DNA of 64,000 nt from Styela clava (lineage: Eukaryota): contig NC_135252.1 of the NCBI RefSeq assembly GCF_964204865.1, forward strand, positions 24,738,001-24,802,000, read 5' to 3'. This document shows positions 49,501 through 57,917 of the stretch, in pieces; positions within the stretch are counted from its first letter, which is position 1, and each line of letters starts with the position of its first letter. Position numbers and translations under genes: made by a program. The notes under the pieces were generated by a model, which made no database searches, was not told where the DNA came from, and saw nothing but the letters and a program-made list of their open reading frames with translations.

Positions 49501-52189
49501 ACAAGGTTGCAAGTCAAAGTAAGAGAAGGGGAAGTCCCTTACAAAAGCATGATAGACTGCTTTAAAAGGGTGAGTATTTTTCTAATGTGTTGTCTGTATT
49601 TTCAGCATGATGATGAAATAAATTTGATTACCCAAACCTGACCTTGACTGATAATCTGAGAGTAGGTCGTGGTTCTCCAAACTATTCGCCGCATTTGTTT
49701 ATTGGTGCAAATTAATGTTTCATTGAACACAAGCAATACTTAACATAAACAGTTCGGTTGTCACCACAAATAACAGAATATAAAGTTAGACATAATGTTG
49801 CCTTTGCTATACCAAAGTACTGAATGACCTCTGGAGACCAGCATGGCAGTATTTATACTCAGGAAGCATGTAGTTTTACCCATAATGCCATACCATCATG
49901 TTGTGCTGTCATTGGTCAGTTAAGGAATGGGAAATAGTATTGAAACACAGTTATCCCAGGATGACAATCACTTGGACAGAATGTAGATGAGATACAAGTT
50001 AAAAGCATTACCATCTTTCTATTTCCTCCTGGAGTCCAATTTATGGCGCTTCTGAAGTATGCGTACCAGGATGGCGGACACTGGAACGTAGATGTGTACC
50101 AGGTTAGGGTTAGGGCATAATTTCAGGTACAAATACTACGGGAGTCACTTGGCTAATCCCCGAACTCGTAATAGAACTAAAATAAGGAAAATTGGAATGA
50201 AATTATGTCCTAACCCTAGCCTGGTACACATACAACGATCCGGTGTCCACCATCTTGGTTCACATACTTCAGAAGTACCCATTTTATAATATTATTCCTC
50301 ACCTCCCAGGTCTACAAAGAAGAAGGTTTTATGGCGTTCTGGAAAGGAGCCCCAGCTCGTGTGTTTCGTTCTTCCCCCCAGTTTGGCGTCACATTGTTGA
50401 CGTATGAATTGCTACAGAGGGTATTTGATGTCGATTTCGGAGGAAGCAAGCCTATTGGTATGTGCTATTTTAACAGTATGGCGAGTTTAATTTGTGACTA
50501 ACATTTTTAACGTAACTAGCTAGCTTTTAACTTTTGAATTGGGTTACAATTGATTTTTTGTATTATCATGATATTTGTTTAATTGTGTACAATATTTCAT
50601 GCACGACGTAATAAAACTTCAGAGTACTGAGAACTTCCTATCCTTCCTCTATGCCTTAGGCTAATGGATTCGTATGAGTATACTGCAAGGATGCTGTAGC
50701 ACGAATAAACATGTTTCCAACAATGGCAAGAAATGAACAATTTTTTTTGAACCTTTTTATATCTCTGTTTACTTCAAAGATTTAATAAAGGTTTAGCTTA
50801 AAGAAGTAATTTTAAAGGGGATTTTCTTCTTTTTAAACCCCGTGTGGTGGTTATAAAGAGCTGTTGAACGTGATTATATATAACAGGCTTTGCCAAGATT
50901 CATATCATCAAATACATGTGGCAAAGGCATAACAGGGAGGGGTATTGAGGAGTAGCCTACCCTTCACAAATGAAAAAAATTTTTTTTTTTTATAATTGAA
51001 AAATAAATCAACGTATAATTTCTGGTCTCTAGGACATGCCCAAATACTAAACAGCATGTATTACTTTTATGGCCGCAAACTTAACGACTAATCTAAAACA
51101 ATCAATATTACATACAATTTATTTCCCCAAAAATTACCCCAAAGTGCAAAGACAGCTTGTTTGCCATCAGCAAGTTTTTGAAATGATCGCGTGGCTTCAC
51201 CTAGCAAAATGAATTTTGCCAAGTTTTTACTCTTTGATGCTTCCCATGTATACAATTACTATTGAGCAACAATTCAATACCAAATATATAAAAAAACAAT
51301 AAATTTACTAGAAAATAAAATTAGTAACTTTAGACCCAAGAAAATTTGCAGTTGGCCCAGTTTTGAGTTGCAACCCATAGGTTGGAAAATACCGATTTAG
51401 ACAGCTTTTATCTCGCCTTCTTGTGCTGTTACCCGTCCAGGTTTTGGGATAATTAACCATTATCAGTGTTTCCTAACCTGGACTGTTCAAGAATACATAG
51501 TTTAGTTTTTTGTTGAAAAAACAAACGACCCAAGAAAATTTGCAGGCGGCCCAGTTTGGCTCGTGACTAGGGCTGGGCATTTCGAATCAAATAGCAAATT
51601 ATCCGAATCATCTCAGACAGGAAATTCGAATCGCCGCCATCTTGTTTTTTGAACAGGTCGAAATGAATCCCTCATTTTTGTCCATGTCAAATTTTTACAA
51701 ACCAATTCTAACATATGACTTTTCTTTTCAAGTGATAAAACATATTTCTTGCTGTCTATGAACACTCAGCGAACTTTCTGAGTGATAGAAACGTGTTTTC
51801 AGTAATTTATGTGTCTGAAGGACGCATTTCAAAAAACAGTCAATACAACTACATATCTTTCAAGTATTTATTCAAGATTTTTACAACAGCTCAATTCTTC
51901 TTATCCACAGGTTTACTGGGGGGATAGGGCACTTATTTAGACCACGACTTTTTGTGCTGTTGCCAGCACATATTTGGGAATAATTACCAGTATAACAGGT
52001 TAATTCTTTTTATCCACAGGTTCACAGCACAAACCAAAGTACGTCCACGTTTCCGATTTGCCACCAATCAGTCCAGACCACATCGGAGGTTACAGACTTG
52101 CCGCTGCGACATTCGCTGGGGTGGAACGAAAATTCGGACTCGCATTGCCACGATTTCAGCCAACTACGCCGAACAAAACTGCCTCCTAA
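28561..52189 (+). CDS. SLC25A13: Calcium-binding mitochondrial aspartate/glutamate carrier (aralar/citrin; likely co-ortholog of SLC25A12 and SLC25A13), 16 constitutive exons
   Basis: Exons 28561-28602, 29885-30027, 30606-30721, 32217-32356, 35887-36033, 38743-38881, 39670-39848, 44636-44714, 45061-45182, 45705-45794, 46281-46358, 46930-47070, 48626-48764, 49457-49569, 50310-50457, 52020-52189, all GT-AG and in frame. EF-hand N-terminus (DTTNDGLISWPEF), three carrier motifs ([30 protein letters not shown]) and C-terminal [22 protein letters not shown]. Confidence 0.96.
29326..29533. mobile_element. Merlin-type MITE, third subtype (also about 3360-3499, 8419-8620, 53045-53252)
   Basis: Same termini (ggtacccctgaagtatgtgtacca / tggtacatacacttctggagcgcc) with a different core (atatcccctgcccatagg...acacaacttgatgtaaa). 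Confidence 0.8.
29642..29848. mobile_element. CAGTGGCGT-ended MITE (hAT-like); inverted copy near 54035-54273
   Basis: TIRs cagtggcgtgtc / gacacgccactg; shared core aagttaggtataag.ggcagcattatcagaaact. Confidence 0.7.
30834..31038. mobile_element. Distinct GG-ended MITE containing GGGTTAGGGTTAG
   Basis: 29-bp TIRs ggtgaccgtacatttgaacccacgtacat / atgtacgtgggttcaaatgtacgggaacc; 9-bp TSD cttatgtcc/cttatttcc. Confidence 0.8.
31470..31612 (+). pseudogene. hAT transposase C-terminal dimerisation-domain remnant
   Basis: [26 protein letters not shown], then after a frameshift LCEAAFSAL: the FW...EYP.L...A...L.PF.T.YLCE..FS motif of Buster/Charlie transposases. Confidence 0.75.
31829..32052. mobile_element. 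Merlin-type MITE inserted into the right end of a hAT element
   Basis: 8-bp TSD AGTTTGGG duplicated from the host hAT terminus. Confidence 0.88.
32498..33195. mobile_element. Tc1/mariner-type MITE with long TIRs (over 120 bp)
   Basis: TA-CAGGGT terminus; tcagaccaagtgtagacaaatgtttattaaaatatt is mirrored by aatattttaataaacatttgtctacacttggtctga..accctg. Confidence 0.8.
33300..33535. mobile_element. Merlin-type MITE (long subtype)
   Basis: Family TIRs; perfect TSD CAAAATTT. Confidence 0.88.
33924..34220 (+). mobile_element. Helentron-associated (HINE/DINE-1-like) non-autonomous element; inverted copy 5185-5462
   Basis: Subterminal inverted repeats acttatcga / tcgataagt, a (tcta/tctg/tttg)n microsatellite, a 3' hairpin CGGTC-ttt-GACCG, T-rich ends and no TSD. 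Confidence 0.68.
34548..34937. mobile_element. hAT MITE rich in TTCGAA; partial second copy near 51568-51880
   Basis: TIRs taggaatgggcattt / aaatgcccagcccta; degenerate TSD gccaggac/gtcatgac. Confidence 0.75.
35127..35394. repeat. Exact 134-bp tandem duplication
   Basis: 35127-35260 is repeated at 35261-35394 with no mismatch seen. Confidence 0.9.
36823..37962. repeat. Foldback-like structure: three arms of about 200 bp in alternating orientation with tandem-repeat spacers
   Basis: 37242-37455 is the reverse complement of 37768-37962; 36823-37005 is a diverged direct copy of the latter. The spacers carry six copies of ggcgatctgtggac..aaatgtgtggtaaact. Confidence 0.75.
38678..39046 (+). promoter_or_regulatory. 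Cluster of nuclear-receptor AGGTCA half-sites (DR4/ERRE-like) around aralar exon 6
   Basis: AGGTCA at 38678, 38696, 38870, 38880, 38913, 38923, 38956, 38966, 38999 and 39031; perfect DR4s at 38870-38885, 38913-38928 and 38956-38971. Confidence 0.45.
39900..40244 (+). mobile_element. Full-length tRNA-derived SINE
   Basis: A-box-like tggcgcatcgtg, B-box-like ggttagaatcc (ggttcgaatcc in other copies), conserved core ggcttcctccaccatcaagtccatgc and an (ATCCT)n tail. Confidence 0.85.
40718..41841. mobile_element. Nested hAT MITEs: inner 40735-41575 inserted at the edge of the left TIR of the outer element
   Basis: Inner TIRs cagtggttcttaa / ttaagaaccactg with perfect TSD CTCTAAGG; outer TIRs cagtgttccctctaa / ttagagggaacattg with TSD ctgaaaac/gtgaaaac. 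Confidence 0.88.
42757..42861 (+). CDS. Candidate alternative cassette exon of the aralar/citrin gene (35 aa, [35 protein letters not shown])
   Basis: Acceptor attatttcttgattAG, donor GAG|GTATGA, 105 nt, phase 0/0 like the surrounding intron, no stop codon. Homologous to the 3' end of exon 7. Confidence 0.7.
46455..46775 (-). mobile_element. tRNA-derived SINE (same family); fragments also near 10010-10180, 14840-14975, 19532-19740, 27548-27715, 28074-28255, 39095-39470, 42040-42630, 62657-62870
   Basis: Reverse complement of the SINE consensus (ataggatttacatatttatc...gacttgatggt.aaggaagccgtt). Confidence 0.8.
47133..47650. repeat. Direct duplication of about 150-180 bp flanking a hAT-end fragment
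   Basis: tgtacggttaag...cataattatcttgaaggagatggagg...aaattgccaagttata...gctggtctgt at about 47133 and 47512, separated by a TTCGAA-rich fragment ending ggacagccctg. Confidence 0.75.
48075..48531. mobile_element. hAT-type MITE; inverted copy near 17060-17476, partial copy near 52330-52657
   Basis: TIRs cagggtggtccaa / ttggaccactctg; internal sequence shared among the three copies. Confidence 0.78.
50045..50279. mobile_element. Merlin-type MITE (long subtype)
   Basis: Family TIRs; TSD caatttat/cattttat; ends 30 nt before the exon 15 acceptor. Confidence 0.85.
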
Positions 52190-54445
52190 ATCCCCCATTT
52201 AAAAAATTTCAATTGTGTATTCCACTGCATTATTATTGAAATTCTAGTGAATTTGTTTTTCTTTGTGTGCATGCAAGTCAGTGTTTTGCCATTGCTGGCT
52301 TATATCCTCACTGAGCCTAGAGCTTGTGAGAGAATAGTGGCCACAATAGTGCCAAGAATAGGTGAACAATACAAACACTTTTATTGTGCAAACACCAGTA
52401 TTTGTCATTTATCAACCCAACCTAGGCTAACAGAATCCGCATTCAATTTTTAATTTCATATGATGCCAAAATTGTTAGCATATATTCCAGACCGAAAAGA
52501 TAGAAAGCCAATTAACATTTTAGACTAGCCAAGCACATCATTAACAATATGTCAAAACAATTTTCTGGTTAATTTTATGACGAGACAACACCAAATACGA
52601 TTTCTTGATTACTTTCCGAATGCGATGCGGGCCACATCCGGTTCGACCACTCTGGTCTAAAGCCTTGTTTAGAGTAAATGATTTAAAACATGCCACTCTC
52701 CTCACTTCTATTCGAGTGTTTACCACTTTATTCAGATATTGCCCACCACACTTAATCATGTACTAAAAATCTAATTTTTTTTTGTTCGATTTTTGAAAAA
52801 AATTATATTTGTTGAAAACTATTTATTACAATTTATGCCTTTTTGGAGATTTTTGATTTCAAGCTGGCTATTGCTTGATTAGTCAAATGCATATAGTACG
52901 AGTTGTAAAGTTTCAAGACTTCCTCGCAAGGTATTTTGTATAGCCTGCCATGATGTAACACAATTATTCTGTATTTATAGCAGCTTTTGCTCTGTTCATT
53001 GCACATGAATGAGTCTCCTTCACTTCTTAGCAAATGACCATAACGGCGCTCCAGAAATATGTGTACCAATATGGAGGTAATTAATTTTGTTCGCCTATTT
53101 TACATCAAGTTGTGTTAAGGGATTAAAACCTATGGGCAGGGGGTATATTCACTTAGCTAACACAGGCAGTCCCCGAACTCGTAATAGAGCCGAAAGGGGG
53201 AAAATCGGAATAAAATTATGGCCTAACCGGGTACGCATAGTACGGGAGTACCCTCGTGGCTCCTCAGAAATGAGTCTTTCACTTCTGAGTGAGTGCCCGT
53301 GACTTTACTCGGAGATGAGTGAGTCTCTTACGTCTAAGTCTACAATCACACCTTTGAGAGAGTTCTAGCGTCGGTGCATAAAAATCCTATTTAATCAATT
53401 ACCGTAATTATGGCAAATTCTATTTCTTTTTCTCTTTGTCTTCAGAATATAAATACTTCATAATGTTGGTTGTTAATGTTTGTTGGAGTATGGGCAAGGA
53501 TAGCTGTTGCTGGTGTCGCTCTAAGGAAATTATTAGTACCTTAAAAGATTTTACAATTTATTAGCTTTTGGTTTTTGAATAAGCACTCTCTCCGTTGAAA
53601 AACTAAGGCTGTCAGTTCGAGTTAGGTTGCAAATTGTTCTAATGAATTTACTGCTTATTTGTGATATCATGAGGTAATGTAGAGCACACGCAACGCACAC
53701 GCAATGGAAAAAGTCTTGTCAACTTAAAATTCTATCTAAAAACGTATAAAAAGGAGATTTCGCCAAGAAGTGAACTTATAGTGAAAACTAGCTGTCTCTC
53801 TGGTCAAGCCCTGTCCCACAGAATTTTAATCGAGCGTCGCCCGTTATAGAAGCTTCATACACAACTGTGATATGGATAATTAAGAGTGTTGACAAAACTA
53901 AATCTTAAAGCATGAGTGCCAATCAAGTCCATGTTGAGTTACAGAGGCAGAAATGAAAGTCTATTTCATGTTTGACAATCAGTTTTAAAAAGTTACTTTT
54001 TCAATCAAATTTCTAAATATGGACATCACTCACCCGGTGGCGTGTCCAGGGCGAGTTTCTGATAATGCTGCCTCTTATACCTAACTTCAAAAAAAATTTT
54101 GGGGGATAAACAAATTACCGTATAGATGTTATATACATGAAAATAAATAAATTAAGGTCAAGTGAGAGTAAAATGTCTGTAATGCTAATAATATTATTTG
54201 AACTATCGAACTAAGCAACAAACTCACCCCTATAACGTGCTGCCCAGGGCGGCTGCTCCTTTGGCCCGCCACTGCCCTCACCCCCCCCCCCCCCTCCCAT
54301 GTGAAAAAAAATACATCATGGTCATATTATGGCATTGTGGTCTGAAATAGTGAACAAAGTATATTAGTGCACAAAACAAAAACTAAATAAAAATTCAGGA
54401 AGTAATGCAGGAACTAAGTACATGAACTTCAACCCCAAATGTCAA

Positions 54446-55408
54446 TTAATCATCAACATTACGTTTTCTAATTGATCTTTGTTTGACAGATTTTTTCTTA
54501 AAATTTTCTGACCCCCCACCTAGCGATTTAACAATTTTTTCATCAAATTCTCGCTTTTTGGGCTCATGCGATTCCTCTAATGAAGTCCTGTCTATAAGAC
54601 CGTCACTTTCAGCGCTAGAGATTTTTTTGGGGAGTTGCAAGTCGATTTTCTTTTCAGATTTAGTTTCTTTTATGACCGACCAGGAGCCATATGGATCTCC
54701 ACCATATTTAGGCTTTTTAGTAGGGGCTTCCCCCTCCCTATCGTCTTTGTTTTCAATAGGCTTGAATGTCAAATTTTCGGGATTATACCCCTCTGGTTTT
54801 ACCCATTGGGACTTCCCAGTTTCAGTATTCCAATAGTAGGTATTTCCCTCTGGGGCAACTTGCTCAGTCCAAGGTGATTCCTCTGTAGAAACTTTCGCTG
54901 CTTTCGGGGAATCCCCAGATTTTTCTTCTTTATCAATAAAACCATCAGGTTTCACCCACTGGGATTTTCCCGTTTCAGTGTTCCAATAGTATGTATGGCC
55001 TTCGGGTGATACTTCTTTAGTCCAATTATTAGTTTTGGGTTGCGTTTTACGTTTTTTTGAACTTTTACTCCCTGTTTGTGAGTCTTTAAAAGAACTAACG
55101 CCAGAATTTGACTGTTTTTCCTCTGTTTCAGTGTCCTCAGGTAAATTCAGTTTAATTCCTTGTTCAGCTAAATCTTTTTTGTATTGCTTCAATGCGGCTT
55201 TTTCAATCTGTTTCATGTATTGTCCAGCTTTTTGTTGATTTTTGTATTGAATAGCACTTTTTTTCCGCAACGCTGCGATCTGCTTCTCTTTTTTCTCTTG
55301 GTGACTCTTCCCTCGTTCATGAAACTCAATACTCGCTTTGTTATCCGAGAGCCAACATTTACAAGTGTCGCAAAATTTTCGAGGTTGGGATTTCCAATAC
55401 GTCGCCAT
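54446..55408 (-). CDS. WBP4: WW domain-binding protein 4 (FBP21), single-exon CDS
   Basis: ATG at 55408. MATYWKSQPRKFCDTCKCW...HERGKSHQ is a matrin/U1C-type zinc finger, followed by two WW domains (WTKEVSPEGHTYYWNTETGKSQWVKP; WTEQVAPEGNTYYWNTETGKSQWVKP) and a DPYGSW motif. Confidence 0.95.
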   Translation of the reverse strand: MATYWKSQPRKFCDTCKCWLSDNKASIEFHERGKSHQEKKEKQIAALRKKSAIQYKNQQKAGQYMKQIEKAALKQYKKDLAEQGIKLNLPEDTETEEKQSNSGVSSFKDSQTGSKSSKKRKTQPKTNNWTKEVSPEGHTYYWNTETGKSQWVKPDGFIDKEEKSGDSPKAAKVSTEESPWTEQVAPEGNTYYWNTETGKSQWVKPEGYNPENLTFKPIENKDDREGEAPTKKPKYGGDPYGSWSVIKETKSEKKIDLQLPKKISSAESDGLIDRTSLEESHEPKKREFDEKIVKSLGGGSENFKKKSVKQRSIRKRNVDD

Positions 55409-55897
55409 TTTTGGTCCAAAATTCACAAAACAGCAAGTAGTTTCATAAACATTGATATTAAATAATTAAAATCTTGAAAAAACACGGATGATATTATTAA
55501 TTGAAAAAGCAGCATTGAGGCACGGTCTAATAGAAAATCACTGAAGCATGACTGACCAGAACAATCGATGTAAAAGGAATGATGCAATATAGCTGGTCGA
55601 AACAATCTCACATAAAAGGAATGGTGCTAATGCCACTTTATCATGCTTTTTTGCCTTCATGTTGTCCAAAATAAATGAAATTACCGATAATAATATGCAA
55701 TATTTTTATTTTAGGAAAAATTTTGTATGGTTCGAGTGAAAAACTATTATTCACAAGCTAAAAAAGCCTTTATTTGATATTAGAGAACTTATGAAATCTT
55801 TTTTTAAACTCCAAGAATTGCCAAAATTGGATTTATTGATTATATTTAAACCTCAAGCATTCTATGTCGAATATAACACAATTGGGATTGTCAGCAT

Positions 55898-56165
55898 CGA
55901 CTCCTATTTGTTGAAATGATATTATTCCGACGAGTCAACACATGAGTGATAATTATCAAAGTTATTGTATTGCAGTCAATAGGGATACATTCAATGAATA
56001 TGGAACAGTAAACTATGTAATTAAGGGGTAAACACACCGGAATATAAAAGAACTGACATAAGCTCGATTGACAGAATTGACTTCTATTTGTTGGAATGCT
56101 ATTATTCCGACTAGCTACACATAAATGATTATCAAAGTTATGTATTGCAGTCAATGGGGTCATAT
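55898..56165. repeat. Diverged direct repeat (core of about 90 bp, two copies) between RANBP1 and WBP4
   Basis: ctatttgttg.aatg.tattattccgac...attatcaaagtta.tgtattgcagtcaat at about 55898 and 56077. Confidence 0.75.
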
Positions 56166-56491
56166 GGTAGTGGAGTAAATTGAATATAAAAGGCAGTGGT
56201 AATGAATTGCAACTATTAACTATGGGAAATGTGATGCCTTGATTTAGCAAAGACTCAGGCTATTCAAATGACATGACAAATGTGATATATCGTATATCCA
56301 CACAAAGACGCGAGCATAAGACTCAAAAATAAAACGACCAAACTAAGAGGTCATTTAATTTAGAATTTTTTTTCCAATAATTTGAAACGTCCCCTGCATG
56401 TTTTACCAGAATCCATATTATTATAGAAAAAAATCCTAAATTCAAAGTCTGAAACATACAAAAAAATGAGTTAAATTGGCAGATAATTCTG

Positions 56492-57226
56492 TTATTTTTC
56501 TGGTGAACTCTCAGTTTTGGTAGTTTCAACTTTTCCGTCATCTTTTTCAGGAGTTTTTTCACCATTTTCTGTCTTTTTTTCGTCGTTATTTTCAGTTTTG
56601 TCACCCTTTTCTATTTTCAGTGCTTCCAGGTTTTCAGTGGCAGATTCAAGTTCAGTGGTTTCCTTAGATTTTTCAGCTGTTTTCTTCGATTCTTGAGTTG
56701 TTTCCGGTTTTTCAGTACTTTCCTGTTCTTCTTGATTCTCAATTTTGGGTAAATTTTTATTAATTTCAATGCACTTATCGAACATTTCTTTAAATTCTGT
56801 CGCTCGTTCCGCATTGTAAAATCTGATAACCAATAATTCAGGTTTTGGCTCGTCGTCTGAAAAATCCGCAAACGCTTTGTAAAGCCATGCTCTCTCGCTT
56901 CCGCAGTGCGGCTCCAGTTTCATGTACTCATCCACAAAATGGTTGGCACATAGTTTAAGAGTTTTATCTCTTCTCATAAGTAATCGTACACGTTTTGTCT
57001 CTTTATGTTGAAGAAATTTAACGTCCCCGCTACCTCGTTCTTTCCATTCCGGGGGATCAGACTCGGACGCCCACCGGAAAATTTTTGCGTGCATTTTAAA
57101 GAGTTCATTTTCGTCCTCTTCAAAATTCCTTATTTCTTTGAGAGGTAATGTAACGATTGGCTCATAGTGAGGATCATGATCGCCCTCTGCAGATGTGTTT
57201 AAAGTATCTGGCTTCGTTTCTACCAT
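56492..57226 (-). CDS. RANBP1: Ran-specific GTPase-activating protein / Ran-binding protein 1, single-exon CDS
   Basis: 244-aa ORF with a RanBD ([11 protein letters not shown]...[17 protein letters not shown]...[13 protein letters not shown]...[16 protein letters not shown]), an NES-like [10 protein letters not shown] and an acidic/Lys-rich tail. Confidence 0.95.
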   Translation of the reverse strand: MVETKPDTLNTSAEGDHDPHYEPIVTLPLKEIRNFEEDENELFKMHAKIFRWASESDPPEWKERGSGDVKFLQHKETKRVRLLMRRDKTLKLCANHFVDEYMKLEPHCGSERAWLYKAFADFSDDEPKPELLVIRFYNAERATEFKEMFDKCIEINKNLPKIENQEEQESTEKPETTQESKKTAEKSKETTELESATENLEALKIEKGDKTENNDEKKTENGEKTPEKDDGKVETTKTESSPEK

Positions 57227-57917
57227 TTTTTGATAACTCCAAGAAATCTAAAACTTACTATGAAACAGTCAAAACGTAACACGCGCGTCTCTTGAAATTT
57301 GGTAAATTTCAACACTGTCGTTAAATAACACTTGCCAATTTTTTTCCCGATATTTGTACTTACATTCATTTTTTACCTGAGAAATAATAACATTGATCTT
57401 CTAAATATAGTAATAATATACATACATTGATTTTAGGTTTATTATAGTTTGATTTATAGTTTATATAAAATAATCAAATAGATTTATATAAAATGCATTA
57501 AATAATATTGAGTTTAAATCGAATAAATATGGCAACTATCATACATGTCTATAATTTTACCGCAAGATTGAAAATATTTAGTGCATGACATGACGTCATA
57601 CTTATCGTTTTCATGTTGTAAGTGGGTTTCGGTAGGTAGGTCCTGTTTTGGTGAATATTTCTATTTCACTTATATATTTTTTCGTATTGATGATTGTATA
57701 TATTTCGATTGACAAAATAATAAATCTCTCTCTTTCTCCTGCGTTGGTCATGTTTCACGAAACCACGGCTACTCTCATGTCAGCTCTATAAATATCTTCG
57801 ACTTTTAGAGGTTTTGTCCATTCAGGTTTAGTTTTGTGCGTGCGTTTCTGCTGTGAGAGGCGCATTTATTGGATATAACTTTGTAATGTGGATTCAGTGA
57901 GTTATTCCAGGGACATT
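57227..57917. promoter_or_regulatory. Divergent (bidirectional) promoter region between RANBP1 and MRPL45
   Basis: Head-to-head ATGs about 690 bp apart; CRE palindrome TGACGTCA at 57591-57598, ATTGG (CCAAT box) near 57869, ACGCGCGT at 57281. Confidence 0.55.

Noticed and set aside
49606-49660. Possible intronic C/D snoRNA (ATGATGA...CTGA)
   Set aside because: Only about 52 nt between the boxes, no convincing terminal stem and no recognisable guide sequence.
51901-52018. TTATCCACA (bacterial DnaA box) here and near 38733
   Set aside because: Each is the pyrimidine tract and CAG of a splice acceptor.
54483-55465. Antisense ORFs over WBP4 (similar alternative-frame or antisense ORFs over TMEM129 and RANBP1)
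   Set aside because: Shadows of real CDS codon bias, with no independent features.
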